A DNA stretch of 37,401 nucleotides from positions 1 to 37,401 of the IMG/VR virus record IMGVR_UViG_3300017909_005256, one strand, 5' to 3'. Below the pieces are notes generated by a model. It had not been told where the DNA came from, did not search any database, and was given only the letters and a program-made list of their open reading frames with translations. Source of the stretch: a virus (Duplodnaviria > Caudoviricetes). The translations under genes and the position numbers were made by a program. Below are positions 25,888 through 35,054 of the stretch, piece after piece (position 1 is the stretch's first letter; each line of letters starts with the position of its first letter).

Positions 25888-26411
25888 TATGAAAAATTCC
25901 CACTTGTCATGTACCCATAAGCACATGGTATTCTTAATACAAAATAAGAACAGTTAGTGCAAGAGTTTTCTAATCGTCCTGTTGCAGGCGCGGGAACAGA
26001 AGCTCCTGGTGAAGCAGGATTACTTGTATAAACATTATTATTTCTTTTTACTGGTGTAAGTGTACTCGCCGTTGTTTTAAAAAATGAATTATCTGTTTGA
26101 GTTTCTTCACCACCATCAATATCTTCTCCTACGTCTACGTACCCTTCAAATTTTTCAGTCGCAATAACTAAAGGAATGTATCCTAAACTAGATTTACTTC
26201 CTGTTGTTAAAAAATTATCTGCTGTTGTTAGTGTTAAATTGATACCACCAGCATAAATTTGTCCTGTTCTAGCAACTCTTGAATCAAATAATAAATCTTT
26301 ACTTTCACCATCATCAATTGCGTGGGTGACTACATCTACTCCTGGTTTTGATACTAATAATCCAAACTCAGTAGCATCTTCTAGTTGTCCTAGTAATATT
26401 CTATTTGCCAT
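25887..26411 (-). CDS. tail-tip associated protein, MANRILLG paralog 1
   Basis: MANRILLGQ..FGLLVSKPGVDV...LLFDS; SLGYIP motif. Confidence 0.7.
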   Translation of the reverse strand: MANRILLGQLEDATEFGLLVSKPGVDVVTHAIDDGESKDLLFDSRVARTGQIYAGGINLTLTTADNFLTTGSKSSLGYIPLVIATEKFEGYVDVGEDIDGGEETQTDNSFFKTTASTLTPVKRNNNVYTSNPASPGASVPAPATGRLENSCTNCSYFVLRIPCAYGYMTSGNFS

Positions 26412-26793
26412 TTTCCCAATCCTCTATTGCATTTCTAATCGTACTTTCTGCTAGTACGCTACAATGTATTTTTATAGGTGGTAAATCTAAAGCTGTTGCT
26501 ATATCTTTATCTTTTATTTGTTTTGCTTCTTCAATAGTTTTACCAAGTAACATTTCTACCAATTTACTTGAAGATGCGATAGCACTACCACATCCATAAG
26601 TTTTGAATTTTACATCTTCGATTATATTATTATTTATCTTTAGTTGTAATCTCATAACATCCCCACAAGCTGGTGCACCTGTCATTCCTGTTGCTACATT
26701 TGGATCATTTGGATCAAAACGTCCTACTGAAAATTGTTTAGGATTGTCTAATACTTGTTGAAATCTTTTTGTTACTTCTTTACTATATGCCAT
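26401..26793 (-). CDS. iscU: Fe-S cluster scaffold protein IscU
   Basis: MAYSKEV, GAPACGDVMRLQ, KFKTYGCGSAIASSS, LPPIKIHCSVLAE: three Cys ligands, Asp, His and the LPPxK chaperone motif are all present. Confidence 0.95.
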   Translation of the reverse strand: MAYSKEVTKRFQQVLDNPKQFSVGRFDPNDPNVATGMTGAPACGDVMRLQLKINNNIIEDVKFKTYGCGSAIASSSKLVEMLLGKTIEEAKQIKDKDIATALDLPPIKIHCSVLAESTIRNAIEDWENGK

Positions 26794-29700
26794 TAGTCTG
26801 AAATTAATATCCTTCTATTTGTTGAATCTATAACAATACCCGTTGCTGATAATGAAGTAGAGTTTATAGTCCAACCTCCTGCTGTTCCGCCCGCTACTGT
26901 AAGTGTTAAAGAATCTGTTGATGATATTTCTGCACTTTCAATAGAGTTGGCTGAGATTTGTGCTGATTGAACGGCATTGGCCGCTATCTGAGCGTTATTT
27001 ATTGTGCCAGTGAGTTTATCAGTTGCTACAGCGGATATCTGTGCGTTATTAATTGCTGAAGCAGCTATTTGCGCGTTGTTTATTGTACCTGTAAGTTTAT
27101 CAGTTCCTACAGAGCCTATCTGTGCGTTGTTTATCGCTCCAGCTTTTATCATAGCATTAGTTATTTGACCCGCTGCTATGTGTACGTTAGTAATAGCATC
27201 AGAGACTATTTCAGCACTATTAACTGAGTTAGCTTTTATCTGTACTGCGTTAATAGCATTAGCAGCTATCTGTGCGTTATTTATTGTGCCAGTGAGTTTA
27301 CCAGTTGCTACAGCGGATATCTGCGCGTTATTTATTTGACCTGATGCTATCATAGCGTTAGTTATTTGACCCGCTGCTATATGAGTATTATTTATTGCGT
27401 CAGCTTTTATTGCTGCGCTTGTTATTTGACCTGCTGCTATTTTTGCATTAGTAATAGCATCCGCGGCTATTTCTGCAGTATCTACTTCACCTGCACCTAT
27501 TTTTGCTGAAGTAATAGCATTTGCCTCTATCTTTGCGGTAGTGACTGCATTAACTTTAATTTGAGCTGCATTGATACTATCTGCTGCTATTTCTGGATTG
27601 CCAACTTCTCCCGCAATAATCATAGCTGCATCAATAGTATCAGCTGATATATGCGAGCCATTTATTTGGTCGGCTGCTATCATAACTGCGGTAATTTGAT
27701 TTGCTGCTATCATTGAATTATCGATTACATTCGCAGCTACCAGTCTAGCATTGTCAATAGCATTATTAGCTAGTTTAACACCAGAAACAATACCAGAGGC
27801 TAATTTTGCCGCATCATCAATAGCTCCAGAAGCTATTATAATTCCTGATACTTGATTTGCAGCTATTTGTACTGAAGTGATTGCATTAGATTCTACCTCT
27901 ACTGTTGTAATAGCATTTGCTGCTATCTGAGCTGTATTAATTGCGCCTGCAGCTACCTGTGCTTCAGTAATTGCATCTGAAGCTATTTGTACTGTATCTA
28001 TAGAATTTAAAGCTACTTCTGCTGAACCTACAGAGTTAGCCCTTATTTGTACTGCATTAATAGCATTAGCGGATATCTGAGCGTTGTTTATTGCACCTGC
28101 AGCTATTGCCGCATTAGTTATTTGACCCGCTGCTATGTGTGCGTTAGTAATAGCATCGGATAATATTTCCGCAGTGCCTATAGAATTTGCAGCTATTTCA
28201 ACATCTGTTATTGAGTTAGCTCCTACAGTAAATGAATCTACTGCATTCGCTGTTAACATAGCAGATGTAATTGAGTTAGCCTCAATTTGTACTCCTGTAA
28301 TAGCATTTGCTGCTATTTGTACTGTATCTATTGAATTTGCAGCTATCTGTGCTGTGTTTACTACATTTGCACCTAGCTCATCTTCATCTGTAACTTTTTG
28401 TTTGTTTGTAAAAGGTTTATATGAATATACTCCTGCAGTTTTTGTAACTTCACCTATTATACTATCTTGTAATTTATTGTATGGAAGTTCTTGTTTAAAT
28501 GCTGTTGCTCCACTATAAGCTCGTCCTATTCCATCTGCAACAAACATTGAAGTATTACTTACAACTTTTGATACCGTACTCATATATCGAGTAGCTCCAG
28601 TATTTATAGCAATAACATCTCCCGCTACAAAATCATCTTCAAATGTTGTACTAGTACCACTTATATGAACTCCATTTGCATTTGTTGCAACTGTACCCGT
28701 AACTGCAATTAAGTCACTATCGGCTTCTCCTACTCTACCAAAGAAACTATAAAGCATTTTTGCTGATTCTTCTCCAGCAGCCATAGAACTTGGATCTTCT
28801 GCAGTAGTATCTTCAATAAGTTGAATTGCTTTTAGTGGGTCAACTCTAGTAGTGCCTCTAGTTAAGTTACCATCATAATCAAAAAGTAAAAATCCTGTTT
28901 CTCCATTTGCTAAACCTGAGAAATCTTCCTGCGTAAAGTTAGTATTTCCACTTGTTACCTGTATTGTTGCTGCATCAGATGGAGGTGTAAAAGTATATGT
29001 ACTAGAGCCTAAAGTAACAAGTCCTGTAGAAGAATTTATATCGACAGTAGTAGAAAGAGTACCACCACGCATAAGTGCTTGATTTAACCCTCCTCCAACT
29101 GTTGCTGTTCCCCCTGGAGTGAATGTTTCTGCAGGAAAATCAAATTCTCTTTGTTTCCATCCCGAAGTTTGACCTGTACTTGAAACAGTTCTTATTCTTA
29201 CTATAACGTTATCTTTTGGTGTTATATTTTTTATAAGTATTTCATTTCTGTTTGTGGCTCTTATACGTTCAGTTTTGAATAGAGTATCATAATCCCCTGT
29301 ATCAAAATTATGTTGAACGTCATACCCAACTAAATCTTCATATACATCATCAATTGTATCGCCACTATCATTTACTCTTTGAGTTATAGGATGTTGCCAA
29401 CTTATAATTCCACTATATCCAGTTCCAGGATCATAAGTTTCTTTTTGTCCTGCGGATGAACCTTTATCTCCTGTAACCATTTTTGCGCTTAAATTAGTAG
29501 GCACAGGTACATCACTAGTTGATTGTTGTCTTTTTTGTATATCTGGTTCTTCTTGAACTACTGAGCCTCTATCAATTGTATCAAATTTATTAATATCATA
29601 TTCAACTGCATTAATCGTAACTTCCATTGTTTTTGGATCATGTTTTACAGAAGTTATCATATATTGTTTTAAACTTCCAGTAACATCGACACCATCATCA

Positions 29701-32411
29701 TCTACACCTGTTAAAGTGTAAATTACTTCCGAACTTGGAGCAGATGAAAAAGCAGAGTCCACAGTTATAGTACTAGAACTAGAATTTGCAAAATCAACAG
29801 TTTGAGTTTCAACTCTTACATTTTCAGACCAGACGGTTTGTACGATAGCACCACTATCATCTCTTATATTTGATGCTTTTGCTGCAGTATCAACAGAGTT
29901 TCCATCTTCATCTAATAGTATTAAATCTCCTTGAAAATAATCTGTACTATTTATAGTTGCTCTAGGTTGTGATAAATAAGCACCCCCTTCTGGATATATT
30001 AAGTGGAGTTTAAAGTTATCATTTGCATTTATAAATGAAGTTAAATCTCTGTCTGTTTTAATTGCAGTTGTAGTGCTGTTTGCTGTTGTTGTTACACGAC
30101 CACTCGCAATTACATCATTTAAATCTGGGTCTTGTAAATTAATTACATCTCCTGGTTTAAGAGCTAGAGCATTTGGGCCTGTTCTAAAGTTTACTAAATC
30201 TGTTTCAAATCTTTCTGCATAAAGTTGGTATTCTCCCATTCGTATAGCTTGCCCTCTTGAAGTAGTACCATATGCAGTAATTTTCTTTCTTCTTATTTTA
30301 CCTGTTTTTGCTATGTTGTCATTATCTTCGACAACTTCTACTCTTGATTTGTATTGATTTTCTGGGTCTTGCCAAGTGATAGCTATTTGATTATGTCTAA
30401 ATCTATTAGAACTTCCTGTGTAGTTTACAGTACCATCTATAATGTTTGATTTTGTAAAAGTATATACTGCACCTTTTTGAATATTTGCACCCAGAGATAT
30501 TTGTCCGTTAAACCAAATTAACATAGCTCTCATCATTCCAGCTACGTTTTGTAATACTTTTAATACACTATCTTCTTTTTGTAAGTATAAATTACATTCA
30601 AATCTTGGTTCTGTACCTCCTTTTCCATCGGGTACGAGTTCATCACAATATTTTGCAAGTTGAAATAAACTATATTTATCTACTTGTGATAAATCAAAAT
30701 CTTCATTAAGATATTGCCCTGCACCATATCTAGGATTTGTAAGTAAATCTAAAAATATCCATACAGGATTACTTGTATATACTGGAGAATAGTTTGGGTC
30801 TGTCGGATCAGTAAAAGTTTTTTGATCTCCTCTAAAATTACCATCCCAATCTTGGTATGCACCTGCATCTGCTCCTGTAGTTACGTTTCTTGTGTAAGCG
30901 GCTGATGATCTTCGTACTCCATCAAATAAAGTATCTTTAGGAAAATAGTTTGTAGGAACTTTTACTTTTAGTCCGTAAATCTCATATGATCTTTTTGGAA
31001 TTTTTTGAAAGTCCTCTGCATCGACTACTACTGCCGCGTATGCGGAATAAGGATATGTAAATTTATCAGTAACAATATTTTCTACTGATTTTACTGTTGC
31101 TTGGTTAGTTTGAGTCCAATCATTTTCTTTTTGATTTATAACTGAAATTCTTTCTATTTTTAATCTGTAAGCATCATAAGGTTGAAACTGAGAAATATCT
31201 TTTTCAATGGTATAATTAAAAGGAGTTCGTGTATTTGCTCTAATTTGTCCTGCTCTACTACTTTTCGAACATCCATTTGGGTAATAGTTTAATGTGGATG
31301 TATCTATAGTATTTCTTCCAAAAATTACTGCGTCTGTAAAACTATCACCACCATCTCTTGAATAACCAAAAGTTACTCTATACTCTGCAAATCCTTGTCC
31401 TCTTGTACCATTTGCTTTTTGAGAAACAAGTCCTTGTCCGAAATTAAGTGTTATTTTTAATTTATCAATTTCACTTGGATTTCCAATACTCATATCACTA
31501 GAAGTAAGAACTAACTCATTTCCTGAGTATGAAGTAATAACTGAGCCATTCGCATCGGTTGGAGCATCCATATCTAGAGCAGAGGGTGAAGGATACCCTG
31601 TATTTGCAGTTGTTTCAAGTCCTCCATTACTTACAGCATGGGCGATTGCAGCTGATCCAAGTCCTATTAAAGAACTCATAGCAGTTTGTTCTCTCTGCCC
31701 TGTTCTAAAAGCAAATCCAAAGTTATTATAATTATAAAATGGTGGAGCCTCAGCATTTCTTTCAGGAGAAGATAAAATTGCAATTGCATTTGCAGTATCT
31801 ACTCCTAATCCTGTAGTATTTAAAGTACATTTATTATTCGCAGTATCAAAACTTGCTACTTCCTCTACTAAGTCTATATAACAAGCTGTATTTGATACAT
31901 CTGTAGAAACTGTCTGATCGATTCTTATTGTAGTATTATTTACATATTCAACAATACCTGCAGCAAGTTGTCCGCCATTTTCTCCCGCACCATCAATACG
32001 AATTAGAGGTTCGAGTCGAGTAGAATTGTCATAGACATCTGTATTTGCAAAAAACGAGTTACTAGTAGAAGTAATTAATCGAGTGCCTTTTGTTGCACTA
32101 ATTCCAGATGTTGCTCTTTTCTTTGCTCCAACTACTAGTAATTCATATTTTCCTAAATCTGTATCTGCGGCAGAAAATATATTTACACTAGTATTATCTA
32201 TAAGCACACCTGTAGATGATGTATATGCTGAATCCACACTACGTTGTGGAGAAAGTTTTTGTTTGTTTGTAGAGTTAGCAACAGGATTTCCATCTAGTCT
32301 AATACTAGCAACGCCATCTACGAGACCCTCAATAGGGCCTTCTGATAGTAAGTCATAAACTAAAGCACTTTGCTCTGTAGTTATATCTGTTCTTGTATTA
32401 TTACCTGGCAT
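26793..32411 (-). CDS. central tail fibre / tail-tip protein, lambda gpJ-like, with C-terminal decapeptide-repeat extension
   Basis: DLLSEGPIEGLV, YPYSAY, PKRSYEIYGLKVKVPTNY, WDGNF, SNPVWIFLDLLTNPRYG, YCDELVPDGKGGTEPRFECN, GTTSRGQAIRMG, PGDVI; FN3-like region then repeats. Confidence 0.92.
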   Translation of the reverse strand: MPGNNTRTDITTEQSALVYDLLSEGPIEGLVDGVASIRLDGNPVANSTNKQKLSPQRSVDSAYTSSTGVLIDNTSVNIFSAADTDLGKYELLVVGAKKRATSGISATKGTRLITSTSNSFFANTDVYDNSTRLEPLIRIDGAGENGGQLAAGIVEYVNNTTIRIDQTVSTDVSNTACYIDLVEEVASFDTANNKCTLNTTGLGVDTANAIAILSSPERNAEAPPFYNYNNFGFAFRTGQREQTAMSSLIGLGSAAIAHAVSNGGLETTANTGYPSPSALDMDAPTDANGSVITSYSGNELVLTSSDMSIGNPSEIDKLKITLNFGQGLVSQKANGTRGQGFAEYRVTFGYSRDGGDSFTDAVIFGRNTIDTSTLNYYPNGCSKSSRAGQIRANTRTPFNYTIEKDISQFQPYDAYRLKIERISVINQKENDWTQTNQATVKSVENIVTDKFTYPYSAYAAVVVDAEDFQKIPKRSYEIYGLKVKVPTNYFPKDTLFDGVRRSSAAYTRNVTTGADAGAYQDWDGNFRGDQKTFTDPTDPNYSPVYTSNPVWIFLDLLTNPRYGAGQYLNEDFDLSQVDKYSLFQLAKYCDELVPDGKGGTEPRFECNLYLQKEDSVLKVLQNVAGMMRAMLIWFNGQISLGANIQKGAVYTFTKSNIIDGTVNYTGSSNRFRHNQIAITWQDPENQYKSRVEVVEDNDNIAKTGKIRRKKITAYGTTSRGQAIRMGEYQLYAERFETDLVNFRTGPNALALKPGDVINLQDPDLNDVIASGRVTTTANSTTTAIKTDRDLTSFINANDNFKLHLIYPEGGAYLSQPRATINSTDYFQGDLILLDEDGNSVDTAAKASNIRDDSGAIVQTVWSENVRVETQTVDFANSSSSTITVDSAFSSAPSSEVIYTLTGVDDDGVDVTGSLKQYMITSVKHDPKTMEVTINAVEYDINKFDTIDRGSVVQEEPDIQKRQQSTSDVPVPTNLSAKMVTGDKGSSAGQKETYDPGTGYSGIISWQHPITQRVNDSGDTIDDVYEDLVGYDVQHNFDTGDYDTLFKTERIRATNRNEILIKNITPKDNVIVRIRTVSSTGQTSGWKQREFDFPAETFTPGGTATVGGGLNQALMRGGTLSTTVDINSSTGLVTLGSSTYTFTPPSDAATIQVTSGNTNFTQEDFSGLANGETGFLLFDYDGNLTRGTTRVDPLKAIQLIEDTTAEDPSSMAAGEESAKMLYSFFGRVGEADSDLIAVTGTVATNANGVHISGTSTTFEDDFVAGDVIAINTGATRYMSTVSKVVSNTSMFVADGIGRAYSGATAFKQELPYNKLQDSIIGEVTKTAGVYSYKPFTNKQKVTDEDELGANVVNTAQIAANSIDTVQIAANAITGVQIEANSITSAMLTANAVDSFTVGANSITDVEIAANSIGTAEILSDAITNAHIAAGQITNAAIAAGAINNAQISANAINAVQIRANSVGSAEVALNSIDTVQIASDAITEAQVAAGAINTAQIAANAITTVEVESNAITSVQIAANQVSGIIIASGAIDDAAKLASGIVSGVKLANNAIDNARLVAANVIDNSMIAANQITAVMIAADQINGSHISADTIDAAMIIAGEVGNPEIAADSINAAQIKVNAVTTAKIEANAITSAKIGAGEVDTAEIAADAITNAKIAAGQITSAAIKADAINNTHIAAGQITNAMIASGQINNAQISAVATGKLTGTINNAQIAANAINAVQIKANSVNSAEIVSDAITNVHIAAGQITNAMIKAGAINNAQIGSVGTDKLTGTINNAQIAASAINNAQISAVATDKLTGTINNAQIAANAVQSAQISANSIESAEISSTDSLTLTVAGGTAGGWTINSTSLSATGIVIDSTNRRILISD
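26926..28375 (-). repeat. 10-aa repeat array (AANAINNAQI-like) in the gpJ C-terminus
   Basis: Tandem x(A/G)(N/Q)xI(T/N)xAxI decapeptides, with near-identical DNA blocks around 26985-27050 and 27265-27332. Confidence 0.85.
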
Positions 32412-32441
32412 TATCTTGTATCCACATCATTTCTTGTATCA

Positions 32442-33140
32442 TTAATCCAATTGAATATCATTTCTTGTATCATCAACTCCATCGTTGTTTCCTACTGCAT
32501 CTCCGCCACCAAAATTACCATCATTTTGTCCGTCATTATTATTGTTATTAAATCCGTTAGTATTATTTGTACCTTTACTTACAAATGTAAAATCTCCACC
32601 TGGTACACTTTTTACTCTATCATTTGTAAAACCAAAATTAATAACTGCTCCACCTACTTGCATCTTTCCATATGCTAAGGGTATTGGAATTCCCGACTTT
32701 GTCGCGTTTTCGGGCCCATTGAATAAATTATTTGTAGTGTCCTCTGTTTCTTCTGCATCTGGAGTAAGTAAATCTACTATACCTTTTAAAGCCATAGATG
32801 CACCTACACTAATTAAATACATGTTACCTGTAGCTATACCAATACCTGTAATTAATATTCCAATAAACATTTCTAAAGCGTTTGATCCCGCAGGTACAGG
32901 AGTTACAATTAAATCATCTTTTCCTAAATCTACTCCAACACTTACAGGGTCTAAAAAAGTTTCTCCCTTTTGTACGGTAAAATGTATACCTAAATCAGTA
33001 CATTCCATTAAATATCTTCGTAAGCCACCTTTCATAGTATCAATTGCATGAACTGCTTCAGTTATAGTTTTGCAATTTAATCGATGTTTTTCACCGAATA
33101 ACTCTCCGAGTTTACCTTTAAAATGAATTGTTCTTGTCAT
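32442..33140 (-). CDS. tail assembly protein, lambda gpI-like
   Basis: RTIHFKGKLGELFG, EAVHAI, IVTPVPAGS, hydrophobic Gly-rich middle, FNGPEN...GIPIPLAYGKMQVGGAVI. Confidence 0.88.
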   Translation of the reverse strand: MTRTIHFKGKLGELFGEKHRLNCKTITEAVHAIDTMKGGLRRYLMECTDLGIHFTVQKGETFLDPVSVGVDLGKDDLIVTPVPAGSNALEMFIGILITGIGIATGNMYLISVGASMALKGIVDLLTPDAEETEDTTNNLFNGPENATKSGIPIPLAYGKMQVGGAVINFGFTNDRVKSVPGGDFTFVSKGTNNTNGFNNNNNDGQNDGNFGGGDAVGNNDGVDDTRNDIQLD

Positions 33141-33436
33141 GGTTGTATAATATTTACCTCTTTCTGTGGGTAGGAAACAATCATATATGGAATACCTACC
33201 GCTTTACAATTATCTATGTCATGTTTGCTTGGGCGAACATCCGAGTCATAGTGACTATGTACTACATATTTTATTTTTGAATTTAGTTGATATCTGACGA
33301 AATCTTCTGCGTTCATGAGAAATGTATTTTTATTTGTCGCTATATTTTTCATGGGAATATATTTTTGAATTTTCTTATCTTCAATAACTAAACCACAACA
33401 CTCACCAGGAGCCTCTTGTTTAGCGTGTTCGAACAC
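33137..33436 (-). CDS. tail assembly protein, lambda gpK-like JAB/MPN domain only
   Basis: HAKQEAPGECCGLV and HSHYDSDVRPSKHD JAMM motif; lies between L and I; GTG start. Confidence 0.85.
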   Translation of the reverse strand: MFEHAKQEAPGECCGLVIEDKKIQKYIPMKNIATNKNTFLMNAEDFVRYQLNSKIKYVVHSHYDSDVRPSKHDIDNCKAVGIPYMIVSYPQKEVNIIQP

Positions 33437-33438
33437 GT

Positions 33439-34674
33439 CTATGAGAAAGCTTTCGATGCTGGAAACCCTCCGTATGGTAATTCTACAGTTGTATCTGAGT
33501 TAGCCGCTCCTGTGCTAGTATTTGAAGTTGGAGTTATTGGGTCAAATCCAAATCTCATTTTGCACCCTGTTGTTGTTTTACTACACATATCTCCACGTTC
33601 CCAATATTCACCCGATACTGGAGCAACGTTTTGACTAGGCTTTTTTGCCTTCCAAAGTAGTGTTTTATTAAATGTATTTGATGTTGAAACATTGTCTGTA
33701 AATGTAACATAACTATTATCTTTTACATCAGCAAATGTAAAGTACTCTGTGCCATGTGAATAACTTGCGTATATTCTTACTCTTTTAAAGTTAGAATTAT
33801 TATCGGCAGGTGTACCTGGACTTGCGGTACTTACTGTGGCCTGCCAAAAGTTATTTGATGATACACTACTTGTAGTACCATTTGCATTATTTCTTGTTTT
33901 TGTTTGTGCTGTTCTATAGTATGTATTTTTTGTTACTGAGCCACTTGTATAAAGTGTAAAACTAGTAGTACTTGGTACTAGGTATTCATCATCTACATTC
34001 ACATAAACTGTGTATTCATTATCTTTGTTTGAAAGACTTAATTTATAATCGGGATTATATTTACCCTCTAAATGCCAGTAACATCCACTCTGTGCTTTTT
34101 TATAGTTTGTTGAATCTAAATGGTCGCCTGCACCTTGATATATAAAAGGGCATCTATCTGGCATTACTAGTCTTCCCGGTAATTTTACCTCTGAAATATC
34201 GAAAGGTGCAACCATCTCAATAGAAACTTTTGTTTTATCTCTTGCCTTGATTCTATCCATTATATAAATTTGTCGAGGAAACTCAACTGGTGGATTAGCA
34301 TCTCCACTTTCATTATATAAGTACTTTTTCAATGTTGTTCGTTTTATAAATTTAAAACCTAAAAATGTATCATAATCAACTGTGCCAACTGCTCCTGATA
34401 ATGCTGTAGTTGCATTTCCTATATCAAGAACAGGTCTATTTATAGCACCATCATTTTTAAGTTCGAGTCCCTGTAATTGTGCGGGAATAGCAGTATAAGT
34501 TCTAATTGTAGTTGGATCATCAAAATCTCTAAATTGAGCTGTGGTTAAATCGCTTTCAAGACCACTCATAAAATATATAAAAGTGCCCTCTTTGTATTCT
34601 AATTCATACAAACAAACTAACTCAGAACCCGGATCAAGTTTTTGTAAATCCTTTATTATTAAATTTTCTGCCAT
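33439..34674 (-). CDS. minor tail protein, lambda gpL-like (Fe-S binding Cys motif)
   Basis: LQKLDPGSELVCLYEL, RPVLDIGN, KRTTLKKYL, LPGR..RCPFIYQG, GCYW, DMCSKTTTGCKMRFG, LPYGGFP. Confidence 0.9.
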   Translation of the reverse strand: MAENLIIKDLQKLDPGSELVCLYELEYKEGTFIYFMSGLESDLTTAQFRDFDDPTTIRTYTAIPAQLQGLELKNDGAINRPVLDIGNATTALSGAVGTVDYDTFLGFKFIKRTTLKKYLYNESGDANPPVEFPRQIYIMDRIKARDKTKVSIEMVAPFDISEVKLPGRLVMPDRCPFIYQGAGDHLDSTNYKKAQSGCYWHLEGKYNPDYKLSLSNKDNEYTVYVNVDDEYLVPSTTSFTLYTSGSVTKNTYYRTAQTKTRNNANGTTSSVSSNNFWQATVSTASPGTPADNNSNFKRVRIYASYSHGTEYFTFADVKDNSYVTFTDNVSTSNTFNKTLLWKAKKPSQNVAPVSGEYWERGDMCSKTTTGCKMRFGFDPITPTSNTSTGAANSDTTVELPYGGFPASKAFS

Positions 34675-35051
34675 TATGCTTCGTATAATCTCCTAAAAGT
34701 TGCTGATAGACTGTAGTAGTCATCATAGGCCCAAGTTTGATCCCATTTTTCACAAACAACTTTTACTGTTTCTTCATTTCCACTTTCATTTGTATCAGAG
34801 AAAGTATAGTCAAAAGCAGTTACTCCTTTTTTACCTTCGAAAAAAGCAACTATATCATCTATTTCATCTTTTGGTCTAGTAGCAAAATTAACTGTAAAAG
34901 ATTGTTTGATATTATTTATTCCGTTTGCTATTCTTAACTCATAGCCGTCACCAAACTCTGATCTAAATACAACGGGCTCGTTGCTTTTTGAAAAGCCTTT
35001 GTCTGGTTTTACAACTCCTAGAGTTCCACCTACATCAAATCCTATTGCCAT
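34674..35051 (-). CDS. minor tail protein, lambda gpM-like (distal tail protein)
   Basis: EFGDGYELRIANGINN, FFEGKKGVTAFDYT, VVCEKW, SLSATFRRLYE. Confidence 0.9.
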   Translation of the reverse strand: MAIGFDVGGTLGVVKPDKGFSKSNEPVVFRSEFGDGYELRIANGINNIKQSFTVNFATRPKDEIDDIVAFFEGKKGVTAFDYTFSDTNESGNEETVKVVCEKWDQTWAYDDYYSLSATFRRLYEA

Positions 35052-35054
35052 AAT

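Noticed and set aside
25888-25926. Track start 25926 for the second MANR paralog
   Set aside because: Paralog alignment and the TAATG overlap place the start at 25887.
20551-32411. Diversity-generating retroelement template/variable repeats in fibre genes
   Set aside because: No reverse transcriptase in the window, and the duplicated blocks are in-frame coding repeats without evident adenine-specific mismatches.
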